Source: Bacilli bacterium (lineage in GTDB: Bacteria > Bacillota_I > Bacilli_A > ML615J-28 > CAG-698). From it: a DNA stretch of 64,000 nt. This document shows, in pieces, positions 1 through 9,759 of this stretch. A program made the translations under genes and the position numbers. The DNA lies in contig JAFSVH010000087.1 in NCBI GenBank assembly GCA_017450215.1, forward strand, positions 48,287-112,286, given 5' to 3'. A model generated the notes under the pieces. That model did no database searches. It was not told where the DNA came from and saw only the letters and a program-made list of their open reading frames with translations. Every line of letters begins with the position of its first letter. Position 1 is the stretch's first letter.

Positions 1-1841
1 CAATACAAATGGTTGTTGTATTTATTCCAGCAGAATTTGTTCAGATTTCAGCTGGTGTGTCCTATCCTATTTGGCAAGCTATATTAATATGTATGGCAGG
101 TGTTGTATTAGGTGCATCCATTATTTATTTCCTTGTTAATGTATTAAAATATGAAGGTCGTGCATCGAAGAAAGCTAGTAATCAGCTCGGAGCAATTGAA
201 AGAACTCAAAAGAAAAAAAGAAATGCTCAAATTTTGATGTATATTTTATTCATTATGCCAGCGATTCCTTTCGGGGCAATATGTTATTATGGTTCAAACA
301 AAAAAATACCATTTCATAAATACGTTTTAACATGTGCTACTGGTGTTATTCCATCTATTGCAACATCATGGGTGATGGGTAGAGTTGGAATTCATACACT
401 AGCAACTAATCCAAAGAATGTAGTTTGGATTGTTTTGGTTGTTGTCTTTCTAGCATTTTTGTTATTATTTATATTAGGCTTTATATTAAAGAAGATTTTC
501 TTCTCATCTGAAGTTGGTAAATATACACCAAATTCAATGTATGTTATTTTTAGATTATTAACTAATATCTTGGTAAGATTAAGTAGAAAAGTAGTTTATA
601 ATCGTGATAGATGTGATGAGATTTTAGGGCCAAGTGTAATTTTAGTTAATCATCAATCTTATCTTGATGTTGGTTTAGTTACGAACCTTTTAAAAGATTA
701 TGAGCTTACAATTGTTGCTAATAAGCACTTTGAAAGAAATCTATCTGGAGCAATGGCAAAAAAGAATCTAAAATTCATTTATAAGAAGTTATTCTATTTA
801 GATTTGAGTGCTGCAAAGAGTATAATTGGTGCTATCAATCAAGACCGTTATGTTCTTTTATTCCCAGAAGGTAGACTAACTACTGATGGAACATATATGG
901 AATCAATTGCTGACACAGCTAAATTACTCAAGAAATTAGGAGCACAAATTGTATTTGTAAATATTCAAGGTAATTATTTTGTTAGACCTAAATGGGCATT
1001 AAAATTAAGAAGAGGACAAACAAGTGTTTATATTAAAGATATTATTAATCCTGATGATTTAGTTAATATGACACTTGATGATGTAAAGAAAGCCTTAAAT
1101 GATAATTTAATAGTAGATGATTATAAATATATTGAAGATAACAAATTATCTTATAAATCAAAAGACATGACATTAGGACTTGATGGCATTCTTTATAAAT
1201 GTCCACATTGTGGACAAGAATTTAAAATGAGTACATATAAGAATCATATTAAATGTGAAGCTTGTGGATATGAAGTATTACTTAATAATAAATATGAATT
1301 CAAATATGAAATGAGCTTTGGTAAGATTGATAATAATGAATCACATATTAAAACTATAGTAGATTGGAATAAATATCAAAAAGAATCAATTAAAAAAGAA
1401 CTTGCTAATTTAGACAATTATAAATTTGTGTGTGATGTCAATGTTACTAGATATGATAATCGTTTAAAATATCTTGATATTAAAGGTGAAGGTAAATTTG
1501 TTATTGATAAAGATGGATATACATTTGAAGGCTTCTTGATGGAAATAGAAGAACATGATAAGATTCTTGTAAATCTTAAAAATAAGAAACCTAAGAATAG
1601 AGTTAGAAAATATTATAAATTTACAATTCCTTTTGATAAAATTGAAGGTATTCCATTCTCTTCAATTGAAAATGAATTTGAACTTTATTACAATGATAAT
1701 TTATATTATTTCTATCCAAGCACAAAAGCAAAAGGACTATGTGCTAAAATATCATTGATGGGTGATTATTTTAGAGATAATTATTATTATCCAGTAAAAG
1801 CAAATGAGAATAATTTAAATAATAAAGCTACTCAAAAATAA
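1..1841 (+). CDS. Fusion protein: DedA/TVP38-like membrane domain + 1-acyl-sn-glycerol-3-phosphate acyltransferase (PlsC/LPLAT) domain + C-terminal Zn-ribbon domain. Probably 5'-partial; the ORF track starts it at 9.
   Basis: N-terminus is multi-TM with a DedA-like 'FIPAEFVQISAGV' segment. Acyltransferase HxxxxD motif 'VNHQSYLD' and 'FPEGR' motif present. C-terminal 'CPHCGQEF...CEACGYE' Cys4 ribbon. No in-frame stop upstream within the window. Confidence 0.55.
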   Translation, partial: IQMVVVFIPAEFVQISAGVSYPIWQAILICMAGVVLGASIIYFLVNVLKYEGRASKKASNQLGAIERTQKKKRNAQILMYILFIMPAIPFGAICYYGSNKKIPFHKYVLTCATGVIPSIATSWVMGRVGIHTLATNPKNVVWIVLVVVFLAFLLLFILGFILKKIFFSSEVGKYTPNSMYVIFRLLTNILVRLSRKVVYNRDRCDEILGPSVILVNHQSYLDVGLVTNLLKDYELTIVANKHFERNLSGAMAKKNLKFIYKKLFYLDLSAAKSIIGAINQDRYVLLFPEGRLTTDGTYMESIADTAKLLKKLGAQIVFVNIQGNYFVRPKWALKLRRGQTSVYIKDIINPDDLVNMTLDDVKKALNDNLIVDDYKYIEDNKLSYKSKDMTLGLDGILYKCPHCGQEFKMSTYKNHIKCEACGYEVLLNNKYEFKYEMSFGKIDNNESHIKTIVDWNKYQKESIKKELANLDNYKFVCDVNVTRYDNRLKYLDIKGEGKFVIDKDGYTFEGFLMEIEEHDKILVNLKNKKPKNRVRKYYKFTIPFDKIEGIPFSSIENEFELYYNDNLYYFYPSTKAKGLCAKISLMGDYFRDNYYYPVKANENNLNNKATQK

Positions 1842-1872
1842 ATATCGATTTTGATTGAGTAGCTTTTTTATT
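1825..1872 (+). terminator. Rho-independent terminator (AAGCTACTCAA ... TTGAGTAGCTT + T-run)
   Basis: Perfect 11-bp inverted repeat overlapping the stop codon region, followed by TTTTTTATT. Confidence 0.6.
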
Positions 1873-1891
1873 ATGTATTGATATAAGATTC

Positions 1892-1920
1892 TTGTCATGA
1901 GCGATTAATAATGTTATAAT
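1892..1920 (+). promoter_or_regulatory. Sigma-70-type promoter: TTGTCA, 17-nt spacer, TGTTATAAT (extended -10)
   Basis: Read directly in sequence: -35 at 1892-1897, -10 at 1915-1920 with TG at -15/-14. RBS AGAGAGG precedes ATG 1961. Confidence 0.5.
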
Positions 1921-1960
1921 CTATATAGATAAAATTTAAAGAATAGAATGAGAGGCTATT

Positions 1961-4000
1961 ATGAGAAATATCAATAGAACATTATCTAAGTTTTTATTAT
2001 CTTTATTGTTTGTTATGTTATTTGTATCTATTCTCTCTGTATCAATAGTAAGTGCTGATACTGTTAAGACTGATGATGGTAGCTATAATTATACAACTAC
2101 TAGAGAGACAGTTAGAGAATTAACAAAGGGTTGTAATTTCATTTACAATCTAGGATATACTACAAGATCAAAAGTTAATTACGACCAAAGAGTAAGTTTA
2201 TTTTCTTGTGATGTAAGTGAGAATAGTGATATAAAGGTTGCTACATGGGCAATTCTAGATCCAAGTCATACTGGCTTTATTAGAAGAGGATTGCTTGAAG
2301 TTGCAAAAGATTATGAACGTCATAATCCAGGTTGGATTGTTCTTGCTGGAATAAATGCTGACCAATATTTTCCAACATTTGGAACAGGTATTGGAAGTAA
2401 TGGTAGTTATATGTATATTCCTTCTCCATATTATCCAATGGTATCAAATGGTGATAATTGGTTCACCATTTCAGCATTAGGTTATGCTACTATGAGTAAT
2501 GTAGTAGGCTTTAAGAATGATGGTTCAAAGGACCCTTTAGTTAATGGTCCAAGAACTGCAAATGGATTTATGTTATATGTTTATGATGAAAATGATAATG
2601 TAATTGATAAGCTTCCAGTTGATGGATTAAATTGTGATTTAGGTAGTAATAAAACTGTTGTATTTGCTACTTATAATGATGCAAAAGATTCATATAAAAG
2701 TATAACAAGAACAGCAAATAGTGATGAGACTATTTATTATGTAAGTACATCAGAATTATCTTATGTAAGTAATACAACTGCTTGGAAGAGTTGGAATGAT
2801 CGTGCACAAGATGCATTCTTCGGTAAAGGTGTTATTGCTTCTACTCCTGATTCAGTTACTTTAAATCGTGGTGCCTGCTTTGCTATTGTAACAAGTAATG
2901 CTGATGTTAAAGCTAAATTAGGTGTTGGTGTTAAAATTAAAGTTCAACTTGAATTTGATGATGGCTTTGCTGGAATTGAAGAAGCAATGGGATATCATAC
3001 AGTTCAAAGAAGAGGTGGAAAAGACCAAAACGTAGCTAATTCATACAATTCAAGAGCCTATCCAAGAAGTATGTTTGGTTGTGATGCTAATGGTAAAGTA
3101 TATTTAATGACTTGCTTTGGTGATAATTCTAGTCCTCTACAAGGTTTATATGCACAAGAATTCAATGCTGTATGTAAGAAATATGGTATCACTGATGCAT
3201 GGCAAATGGATGGTGGTGGTTCCGTTACTTCAATTGTAAGAGATGTTAACGGCACTGGTGAACTTAAATATAATGAAGCTTGTATTGAAGCATCACATAA
3301 TAAAAAGGTTGATACATATGAAGAATACCGTTATATCTTGAGCGGTTTATTTATCGTTATGAAATCACCTGAGTTAGATTTAGAAGTAACTGAGAAAAGC
3401 GATTCTAGCGTTAATTTAAGCCTAAATACAGCTAATCTACGCACTGCAAAAGGTGAAAAGTACGACTCTGTAACATTAAAGGTTTTAGACAAGAATAGTA
3501 AGGTATATAAGGATTTTGAAGTTGATTTAGAAAAAGAAGTAAATACATTTAATATTAAAGGTATGATTTCATTCAATGATTATTATTGTGAATTAAGTTA
3601 TACAAAAAATGGCTATGAACAACAAGGATATAAATATTTTAATTTCTATACTGACAAAGCAAAACCAAAGATAGATGTTTTAGAAGCAGTGAAGGTTGGA
3701 AATGGATATGAAATAAAGATATCTCTTATTGATACGGATGATAGTATTGAGAAAATGTATGCTGTTTATAATGATCAAAAATATGAAATGGCACTACATG
3801 ATGGTATTGCATCATGCACAATTACAGATAATATAGATATCAATAAATTAACTTATCAAGCTGAATGTATTTTTAAAGTTGCAAAGCAAGAAAAAGAAAC
3901 AGTTGATTTAGAAGTTCGTTATTTCAAATATCCAGTTAGTGATTTCTTTAGTCAAGCAATGAATAAAATAAATGAGATGATTGAAAGATTTAGTAGATAA
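1961..4000 (+). CDS. Secreted phosphodiester glycosidase family protein (NAGPA-like domain)
   Basis: N-terminal signal peptide. Conserved 'AWQMDGGGSVT' (DGGGS) block typical of the phosphodiester glycosidase family. Tandem paralog of 5698-7713. Confidence 0.5.
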   Translation: MRNINRTLSKFLLSLLFVMLFVSILSVSIVSADTVKTDDGSYNYTTTRETVRELTKGCNFIYNLGYTTRSKVNYDQRVSLFSCDVSENSDIKVATWAILDPSHTGFIRRGLLEVAKDYERHNPGWIVLAGINADQYFPTFGTGIGSNGSYMYIPSPYYPMVSNGDNWFTISALGYATMSNVVGFKNDGSKDPLVNGPRTANGFMLYVYDENDNVIDKLPVDGLNCDLGSNKTVVFATYNDAKDSYKSITRTANSDETIYYVSTSELSYVSNTTAWKSWNDRAQDAFFGKGVIASTPDSVTLNRGACFAIVTSNADVKAKLGVGVKIKVQLEFDDGFAGIEEAMGYHTVQRRGGKDQNVANSYNSRAYPRSMFGCDANGKVYLMTCFGDNSSPLQGLYAQEFNAVCKKYGITDAWQMDGGGSVTSIVRDVNGTGELKYNEACIEASHNKKVDTYEEYRYILSGLFIVMKSPELDLEVTEKSDSSVNLSLNTANLRTAKGEKYDSVTLKVLDKNSKVYKDFEVDLEKEVNTFNIKGMISFNDYYCELSYTKNGYEQQGYKYFNFYTDKAKPKIDVLEAVKVGNGYEIKISLIDTDDSIEKMYAVYNDQKYEMALHDGIASCTITDNIDINKLTYQAECIFKVAKQEKETVDLEVRYFKYPVSDFFSQAMNKINEMIERFSR

Positions 4001-4020
4001 TATTATATTTATCCATTAGA

Positions 4021-4072
4021 AGATAACTCTAGAAGTGATATCTTATCATTTTTGGAGTTATCTTTTGTTATT
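4021..4072 (+). terminator. Possible terminator (AGATAACTC ... GGAGTTATCT + T-rich tract), large loop
   Basis: 9-10 bp inverted repeat downstream of stop at 4000, followed by TTTGTTATTT. Confidence 0.35.
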
Positions 4073-4155
4073 TATGTTTAATTTTTATTTTTTTTAAGGC
4101 CAAAATGGTTTATAATGTTAATAGATTATAATTGTGAGGTTTCAAATCAGAAGTT

Positions 4156-5685
4156 ATGAAATTGCTTAGATTAATTTTTAGTAAATATTTTATATCAATA
4201 CTTATTATTCTTATTCAGATTACAGCAATTAATATTGGATTGAATTATTTGAAAGGTAAATTCTTGATTGCAGATGCGATAATATCACTTGTTGCATTTG
4301 TTATTTATTTTATAATTATTAATCGTAATCAAAATCCAGAATACAAAATTGCTTGGCTTGCCTTGGTTGCTACATTTCCAATAGTTGGTATTACTTTTTT
4401 CATTATGTTTGGTAATCCTAGACTAAAAAAGAAACAATCAGCAATGATGGAAAAGACTCACGAGAAGACTCAATTTTTAGTCGATTTAACAAGAGAAGAA
4501 AAAAAGAAATTATATGATTATTTAGGTGAATATGTAGGTATTGAAAAATATCTACGTCGTAATGGTCATACTGTAGGAAGTATGAACAGTAGAGTTACCT
4601 ATTATGATATTGGTGAGAAGATGTGGGAAGCTATGAAAGATGAATTAAGGAAAGCTAAAAAGTTCATCTTTATGGAATATTTTATAGTTGACCCAGGTGT
4701 GATGTGGAATGAGATACATGAAATATTAAAGGAAAAAGCAAAAGAAGGTGTTGAGGTTAGATTCTTATATGATGATTTAGGATCTATGACAATGCTTAAA
4801 AGTGGATATTATAAAACTTTAAGAGAAGAAGGAATTAATTGCTATAAGTTTAACAAAATTAGAGCAATTGTAAGTGGATCGTATAATAATAGAGACCACC
4901 GTAAAATCACAGTAATTGATGGCAAGGTAGGCTTTACTGGTGGTATTAATTTAGGTGATGAATATATCAATGTAAATAAAAGATTAGGCCATTGGAAGGA
5001 TGTTGGCATCAAGATTGAAGGAGAAGCAGTTAGAGATTTAACTGAATTATTCTTATTCAATTTTGATATGACTAGTAAAAATGTATCTAATTATGATAAA
5101 TATTTTGATTGTGACTATGAATCTTTTGAAAATTGTGGATACGTGCATCCATTTGGAACTGGCCCTAATCCATTCTATCCAGAACAAATTGGTGAAAATT
5201 TATTCATTTATTTGATTAATCATGCTAAACGTTACATCTATTTCACTACACCATATTTAATTATTGATTATAATCTTACTAATGCATTAAGGACAGCAGC
5301 CTTAAGAGGAGTAGATGTAAGAATTGTAGTACCTCATATTCCTGATAAAAAGCTAGTATTTAATATGACTAAATCTAGTTATGGATCACTCCTTAAAGCA
5401 GGAGTTAAGATTTATCAATATGAACCTGGTTTTATTCATGCAAAATCAATTATCAGTGATAATAAGATTGGTTTTGTTGGAACAATAAATATGGATTATA
5501 GAAGTTTAACTCACCATTATGAATGTGGTGCAGTCATCTATGATGCTCCTTGTTTAGTTGATTTGAAGGAAGATTTTCTTCATACATTTGATGTTTCTAT
5601 TGAGATAACTAAAGAAAATTATAAAATTAAAAGATTCCCAAAATTTATTATAACAATTATAAAAGCATTTTTCCCAATGTTTTAA
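4156..5685 (+). CDS. cls: Cardiolipin synthase (phospholipase D superfamily)
   Basis: Two HKD motifs ('HRKITVIDGKVGFTGGINLGDEY' and 'HAKSIISDNKIGFVGTINMDYRS'). N-terminal two TM helices. Length 509 aa typical for Cls. Confidence 0.85.
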   Translation: MKLLRLIFSKYFISILIILIQITAINIGLNYLKGKFLIADAIISLVAFVIYFIIINRNQNPEYKIAWLALVATFPIVGITFFIMFGNPRLKKKQSAMMEKTHEKTQFLVDLTREEKKKLYDYLGEYVGIEKYLRRNGHTVGSMNSRVTYYDIGEKMWEAMKDELRKAKKFIFMEYFIVDPGVMWNEIHEILKEKAKEGVEVRFLYDDLGSMTMLKSGYYKTLREEGINCYKFNKIRAIVSGSYNNRDHRKITVIDGKVGFTGGINLGDEYINVNKRLGHWKDVGIKIEGEAVRDLTELFLFNFDMTSKNVSNYDKYFDCDYESFENCGYVHPFGTGPNPFYPEQIGENLFIYLINHAKRYIYFTTPYLIIDYNLTNALRTAALRGVDVRIVVPHIPDKKLVFNMTKSSYGSLLKAGVKIYQYEPGFIHAKSIISDNKIGFVGTINMDYRSLTHHYECGAVIYDAPCLVDLKEDFLHTFDVSIEITKENYKIKRFPKFIITIIKAFFPMF

Positions 5686-5697
5686 AAGGAGTGAAAT

Positions 5698-7713
5698 ATG
5701 AAAATTAAGAATATAATTACAAAATGTTTTATTTTCTTGTTTGCTATTGCCTCTTCTTTTATCTTTATTAACTTAAATATAAAAGCAGAAGATACAGTAA
5801 AAACAGATGATAATAATTATTATTATACTACAAAAAGTGAAGTGACAAGAGAGCTTGCTAGTGGTGTTGAATATACAATTAATTTAGGTAAAACTGGACA
5901 CACAGCAAGTAATTTTGAAGAGAGAGTTAGTATATTTAGTGCTGATATTAGTAAGAATAGTGATGTGAAAATTGCTACATGGGCACCTCAAAATGGTAGT
6001 CATACGGGATATACTAGAAAAGCACTACTTGATATTGCGAAAGATTATGAAGCTAATAATCCAGGTTGGATTGTTCTTGCTGGAATTAATGCAGATCAAT
6101 ACTTCCCTTCATTTGGTACTGGAATTGGTAAAGATGGTTCTTATATGTATGTACCTTCTCCATATTATCCTATGATTACAAATGGAGATAATTTGTTCAC
6201 TTATACTGCACTTGGTAATGCTAGTAAAAATAATGTAGTAGGATTTAAAAATGATGGTTCGAAAACACCACTTGTAAATGGTGAAAGAACTATTGATGGA
6301 TTCTATATTACTGTATATGGTGATAGTGATGAAGTTATTAAATGCATGAAGATTGATGGATTAAATTGTGATTTAGGAAGTCAAGGAACTGTAGTACTTG
6401 CATCATATAATGTTGATAAGAATACTCAAGCTAGAATTACTAGAACTGGTAATAAGTATTATGTAGTTAATAATGCTGAACTATCATATGTAAGCAATAC
6501 AACTGAGTGGTTAAGCTGGAATAATAGAGCTGTTGATGCTTTCTTTGGTAAAGGTGTTATTGATGAAGTTAGAGATAATGTTGATATTACAGGTGGTAAT
6601 AAATTTGCAATTGAGACTAATAATGAAGAATTAAAAGCAGTTCTAAAAAAAGATGTAAGAATTAAAGTTGAAGTAGAATATGCAGATGAATTTAAAGACA
6701 TTGAAGAAGCAATGGGATATCATACAATTCAAAGAAGAGGAGGGCTTGATCAAAATGTTGACAACGCCTATAATTCTAGATGCTATCCTAGAAGTATGTT
6801 TGGTTGTGATGCCAATGGTAAAGTATATTTAATGACTTGCTTTGGTGATAATGCTGGTCCAACTAAAGGTTTATATGCTCAAGAATTCAATGCTGTATGT
6901 AAGAAATATGGAATTACTGATGCATGGCAAATGGATGGTGGTGGTTCTGTTACTTCAATTGTTAGAGATGAAAATGGAATCTTAGATTATGCTGAAGCAT
7001 GTATTGAAGCATCTCATTCAGGTGAAAGAAAATTCTCTGGTTATCGATTAGTCTTAAGTGCGTTGTTCATTGTTATGAAAGTACCTAATGCATCTATAAC
7101 AGTTAATGAAAAATATTCAACTGGTGTTAAGATGATTTGTGATTTAAAAGATATTTTAGGTAATTATGATGAAGCTAAATTAAAATTCTTTGATGAAGAA
7201 GGTAGTAATGTCTCTAATTATTCACTTGATTTAAGTAAAGCAATCAATGAATGCAATATTGATGGGTTGGAAGCTAATAGGAATTATACATATGAATTAT
7301 ATGTAAAGAAGAATGGCTATGATGAACAAAGAACATTTGTTAATGGTGCATTAAATACACTTAAAATGATTCCAGTTTTGAAAGCTTTAGAGATTGTATA
7401 TACTGATGATGGATTTATGATTGAAGCTTCTATTGATGATAAGCAAAAAGCGTTGATTTCATTATATGCATGGTTTGGTAATAGAAAAATTGCATTCAAG
7501 CAAAAAGGAGAAGTATATCAAGCCTTCGTGGAGGCTGAAAAAAATTATAATCCTCTTGATGTAGCAATATCAGCTGATTGTATGTTAGATTCTAAATTAA
7601 CAAAGCATGATGATTGTGAGTTAGAACTTAACAATGTCAGTTATCCAGCTTTAGCATTCTTTGCTTATCCTGAGAAAGCATTAGAAGAAATATTAAAGAA
7701 TTTGTATAATTAA
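5698..7713 (+). CDS. Secreted phosphodiester glycosidase family protein, paralog of 1961-4000
   Basis: Signal peptide. Same 'AWQMDGGGSVTSIVRD' block. Roughly two-thirds aa identity to the upstream paralog with near-identical nucleotide patches. Confidence 0.5.
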   Translation: MKIKNIITKCFIFLFAIASSFIFINLNIKAEDTVKTDDNNYYYTTKSEVTRELASGVEYTINLGKTGHTASNFEERVSIFSADISKNSDVKIATWAPQNGSHTGYTRKALLDIAKDYEANNPGWIVLAGINADQYFPSFGTGIGKDGSYMYVPSPYYPMITNGDNLFTYTALGNASKNNVVGFKNDGSKTPLVNGERTIDGFYITVYGDSDEVIKCMKIDGLNCDLGSQGTVVLASYNVDKNTQARITRTGNKYYVVNNAELSYVSNTTEWLSWNNRAVDAFFGKGVIDEVRDNVDITGGNKFAIETNNEELKAVLKKDVRIKVEVEYADEFKDIEEAMGYHTIQRRGGLDQNVDNAYNSRCYPRSMFGCDANGKVYLMTCFGDNAGPTKGLYAQEFNAVCKKYGITDAWQMDGGGSVTSIVRDENGILDYAEACIEASHSGERKFSGYRLVLSALFIVMKVPNASITVNEKYSTGVKMICDLKDILGNYDEAKLKFFDEEGSNVSNYSLDLSKAINECNIDGLEANRNYTYELYVKKNGYDEQRTFVNGALNTLKMIPVLKALEIVYTDDGFMIEASIDDKQKALISLYAWFGNRKIAFKQKGEVYQAFVEAEKNYNPLDVAISADCMLDSKLTKHDDCELELNNVSYPALAFFAYPEKALEEILKNLYN

Positions 7714-7767
7714 TAATTTTGAGTTTTTTTTAGTAATATGATAAAATGGTAGTGGAGTGAAAGAAAA

Positions 7768-8298
7768 ATGAATTTTGATGAATTACTACTTAAGAGATAT
7801 AGTTGTAGAAACTATATTGATAAAGAAGTATCTTTAGATGATATTATAAAAATCGTTAATGCTGGTAGATTATCTCCATCTGCTAGAAATTGTCAACCTT
7901 GTGAATATTATGTGATAAGAGGAAAAGAGAAAGTAGAGCAAATTAGAACAGAGCTTCAAAGGCCAGGCTTCAATAAATTTGTTCCTAATGTTTCTTCGTT
8001 TATTGTCATTGCTTTAAATGAAGCAATGTATAAAACTAAATTAGATGGATTGATGAGAGATTTTACAGATATTGACACGGGCATAGCAGTACATGCTATG
8101 GCACTAGAAGCTACTAATATTGGTTTAGCAACTTGTATCATGGGTGGCTTTGATTATGATGGTATAGCAAGACTTGTTGGTATTAAGGATTCAGGTCGAG
8201 TAAGGCTTGTCTTAGCTGTTGGTTATAGTAATGATGGAAAAATTCAAGATAAAAACGAAAGAAGAAAAAGAATGGAGGAAGTAGTTAAATACTATTAA
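7768..8298 (+). CDS. Nitroreductase family protein
   Basis: 'RYSCRNY...SPSARNCQP' N-terminal nitroreductase signature; size 176 aa. Confidence 0.6.
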   Translation: MNFDELLLKRYSCRNYIDKEVSLDDIIKIVNAGRLSPSARNCQPCEYYVIRGKEKVEQIRTELQRPGFNKFVPNVSSFIVIALNEAMYKTKLDGLMRDFTDIDTGIAVHAMALEATNIGLATCIMGGFDYDGIARLVGIKDSGRVRLVLAVGYSNDGKIQDKNERRKRMEEVVKYY

Positions 8299-8305
8299 AA
8301 AAAAT

Positions 8306-8857
8306 ATGGCAAAAGAAAAGAAGACTAAAGAACAAAAGAAAAAAGAAAGAAAAGGTATATTCAAAGAATTTATAGCATTCATTAATAAAGGTAATGCAAT
8401 GGCTCTTGCTATTGGTGTTATTATAGGTGCTGCATTTGGTGCTATTGTTACTGCAATTAATGTTAACATTATTTCACCATTAATTGCTTGGTTGATCGGT
8501 GATACTGATTTGAAAGATTCTCTTATTACTACATTAAAAGAAGCAGAAATAGATGGCGATACAGTTGTAAAAGCTGCTATTGAAATTAAATGGGGTGCAT
8601 TCCTTCAAGCAGTTGTTGATTTCTTATTAATAGCTCTTATTCTATTTATTATTTCTAAGATTGTTGGTGCAGTTGTAAGAAGAGTAAATAGACTTGCTGA
8701 AGAAGCAAAGAAGAAACTTGAAGCAAAGAAAGCTGAAGAAGAAAAGCCTCAAGAAGTTGTAGAACCTGAACCAGCTCCAGAACCAGTAGTTGATCCTAAT
8801 ACCGAATTACTTAAGGAAATTAGAGATTTATTAAAAGAGAGCAAAGAAGCTAAATAA
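8306..8857 (+). CDS. mscL: Large-conductance mechanosensitive channel MscL with extended charged/Pro-rich C-terminal tail
   Basis: 'GIFKEFIAFINKGNAMALAIGVIIGAAFGAIVTA' matches the MscL TM1 signature. Tail 'KKKLEAKKAEEEKPQEVVEPEPAPEPVV' makes it about 40 aa longer than typical MscL. Confidence 0.8.
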   Translation: MAKEKKTKEQKKKERKGIFKEFIAFINKGNAMALAIGVIIGAAFGAIVTAINVNIISPLIAWLIGDTDLKDSLITTLKEAEIDGDTVVKAAIEIKWGAFLQAVVDFLLIALILFIISKIVGAVVRRVNRLAEEAKKKLEAKKAEEEKPQEVVEPEPAPEPVVDPNTELLKEIRDLLKESKEAK

Positions 8858-8892
8858 ATTTTTAAAAATAACATAAATTAAAAAGTGTAATT

Positions 8893-8930
8893 AATAATCC
8901 ATCTAATTATTTGAATTAGGTGGATTATTT
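8893..8930 (+). terminator. Terminator hairpin AATAATCCATCTAATT/AATTAGGTGGATTATT
   Basis: About 15-bp inverted repeat (one G-U) downstream of the mscL stop, followed by TT-rich sequence. Confidence 0.45.
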
Positions 8931-8975
8931 AGATAAATAATTAATAAATAATAATTAATATTACAGAGGTTAGAA

Positions 8976-9689
8976 ATGAATAAGATAATTAATTATGACA
9001 ATTTAAGAAAATTTTGTTATTCAAATGATCATTTAATTAATGGTGAAATTAAAGGTATTGTTTTAGAATTTGTTGGTTTAGGTGGAATGACAATGTATAA
9101 TAATGATTTAGAGATTGGAATTAATTATGCTAAGAATAATATTGTTTACATTATTCCATATTATAATCCATGGTCATGGATGAATAAAAACACAATTTTA
9201 TTTGTTAATGAAATAATTGAAGTCATTATTAATCATTATGGATTGATGGATGCAAAAATTGTGTCAACTGGAAAAAGCATGGGTGGTTTATGCAGTTTAG
9301 TATATGCTCGATATGGAAAAATTAATAATGCAAAAGTAGTTAAGGTTGTTAGTAATTGTCCAGTATGTGATCTTGTATATCATTATAGTGAACGAGATGA
9401 TTTACCAAGAACTTTGTATAGTGCTTTCTTTAATGAAGAAGGTGATATTCAAAATGCATTAAGTAAATATTCGCCTATTCATTTAGTTAAAGAAATGCCT
9501 GATATTGATTATGTTATTTTTCATTGCTTAGAAGATAAAGCAGTGAATATTGATAATCATTCAAGGAAATTTATAAATTTGATGAATGAATATAATATAA
9601 AATTAATCGAAGTACCTGGTCGTGGCCATTGTGATTTGAGTGATGAAGCATTAAAGCTATTTTATGATGAAATCGCAAACATCCTATGA
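8976..9689 (+). CDS. Alpha/beta hydrolase fold esterase
   Basis: Nucleophile elbow 'GKSMGG' (GxSxG). Late 'GRGHCD' His. 237 aa. Confidence 0.5.
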   Translation: MNKIINYDNLRKFCYSNDHLINGEIKGIVLEFVGLGGMTMYNNDLEIGINYAKNNIVYIIPYYNPWSWMNKNTILFVNEIIEVIINHYGLMDAKIVSTGKSMGGLCSLVYARYGKINNAKVVKVVSNCPVCDLVYHYSERDDLPRTLYSAFFNEEGDIQNALSKYSPIHLVKEMPDIDYVIFHCLEDKAVNIDNHSRKFINLMNEYNIKLIEVPGRGHCDLSDEALKLFYDEIANIL

Positions 9690-9759
9690 TTTTATATATT
9701 TTTATTCTATTTTAGTAGTGTATGTGTTATAATCTTAATGTATTAAAAAGGAGCTTTTT

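Noticed and set aside
3058-3576. Small antisense ORFs (3058-3255, 3331-3576) inside the first phosphodiester glycosidase gene; the same kind inside other genes (4842-5060, 6459-6701, 7317-7499, 7956-8141, 10996-11211, 12682-12864, 28237-28461, 28956-29249, 53106-53348 and so on)
   Set aside because: Each is fully nested in a longer, motif-supported gene on the opposite strand, has low-complexity composition, and has no RBS. Typical shadow ORFs in AT-rich DNA.
8212-8469. 85-aa minus-strand ORF across the nitroreductase/mscL junction
   Set aside because: Overlaps two well-supported plus-strand genes. Hydrophobic low-complexity translation of the antisense strand.
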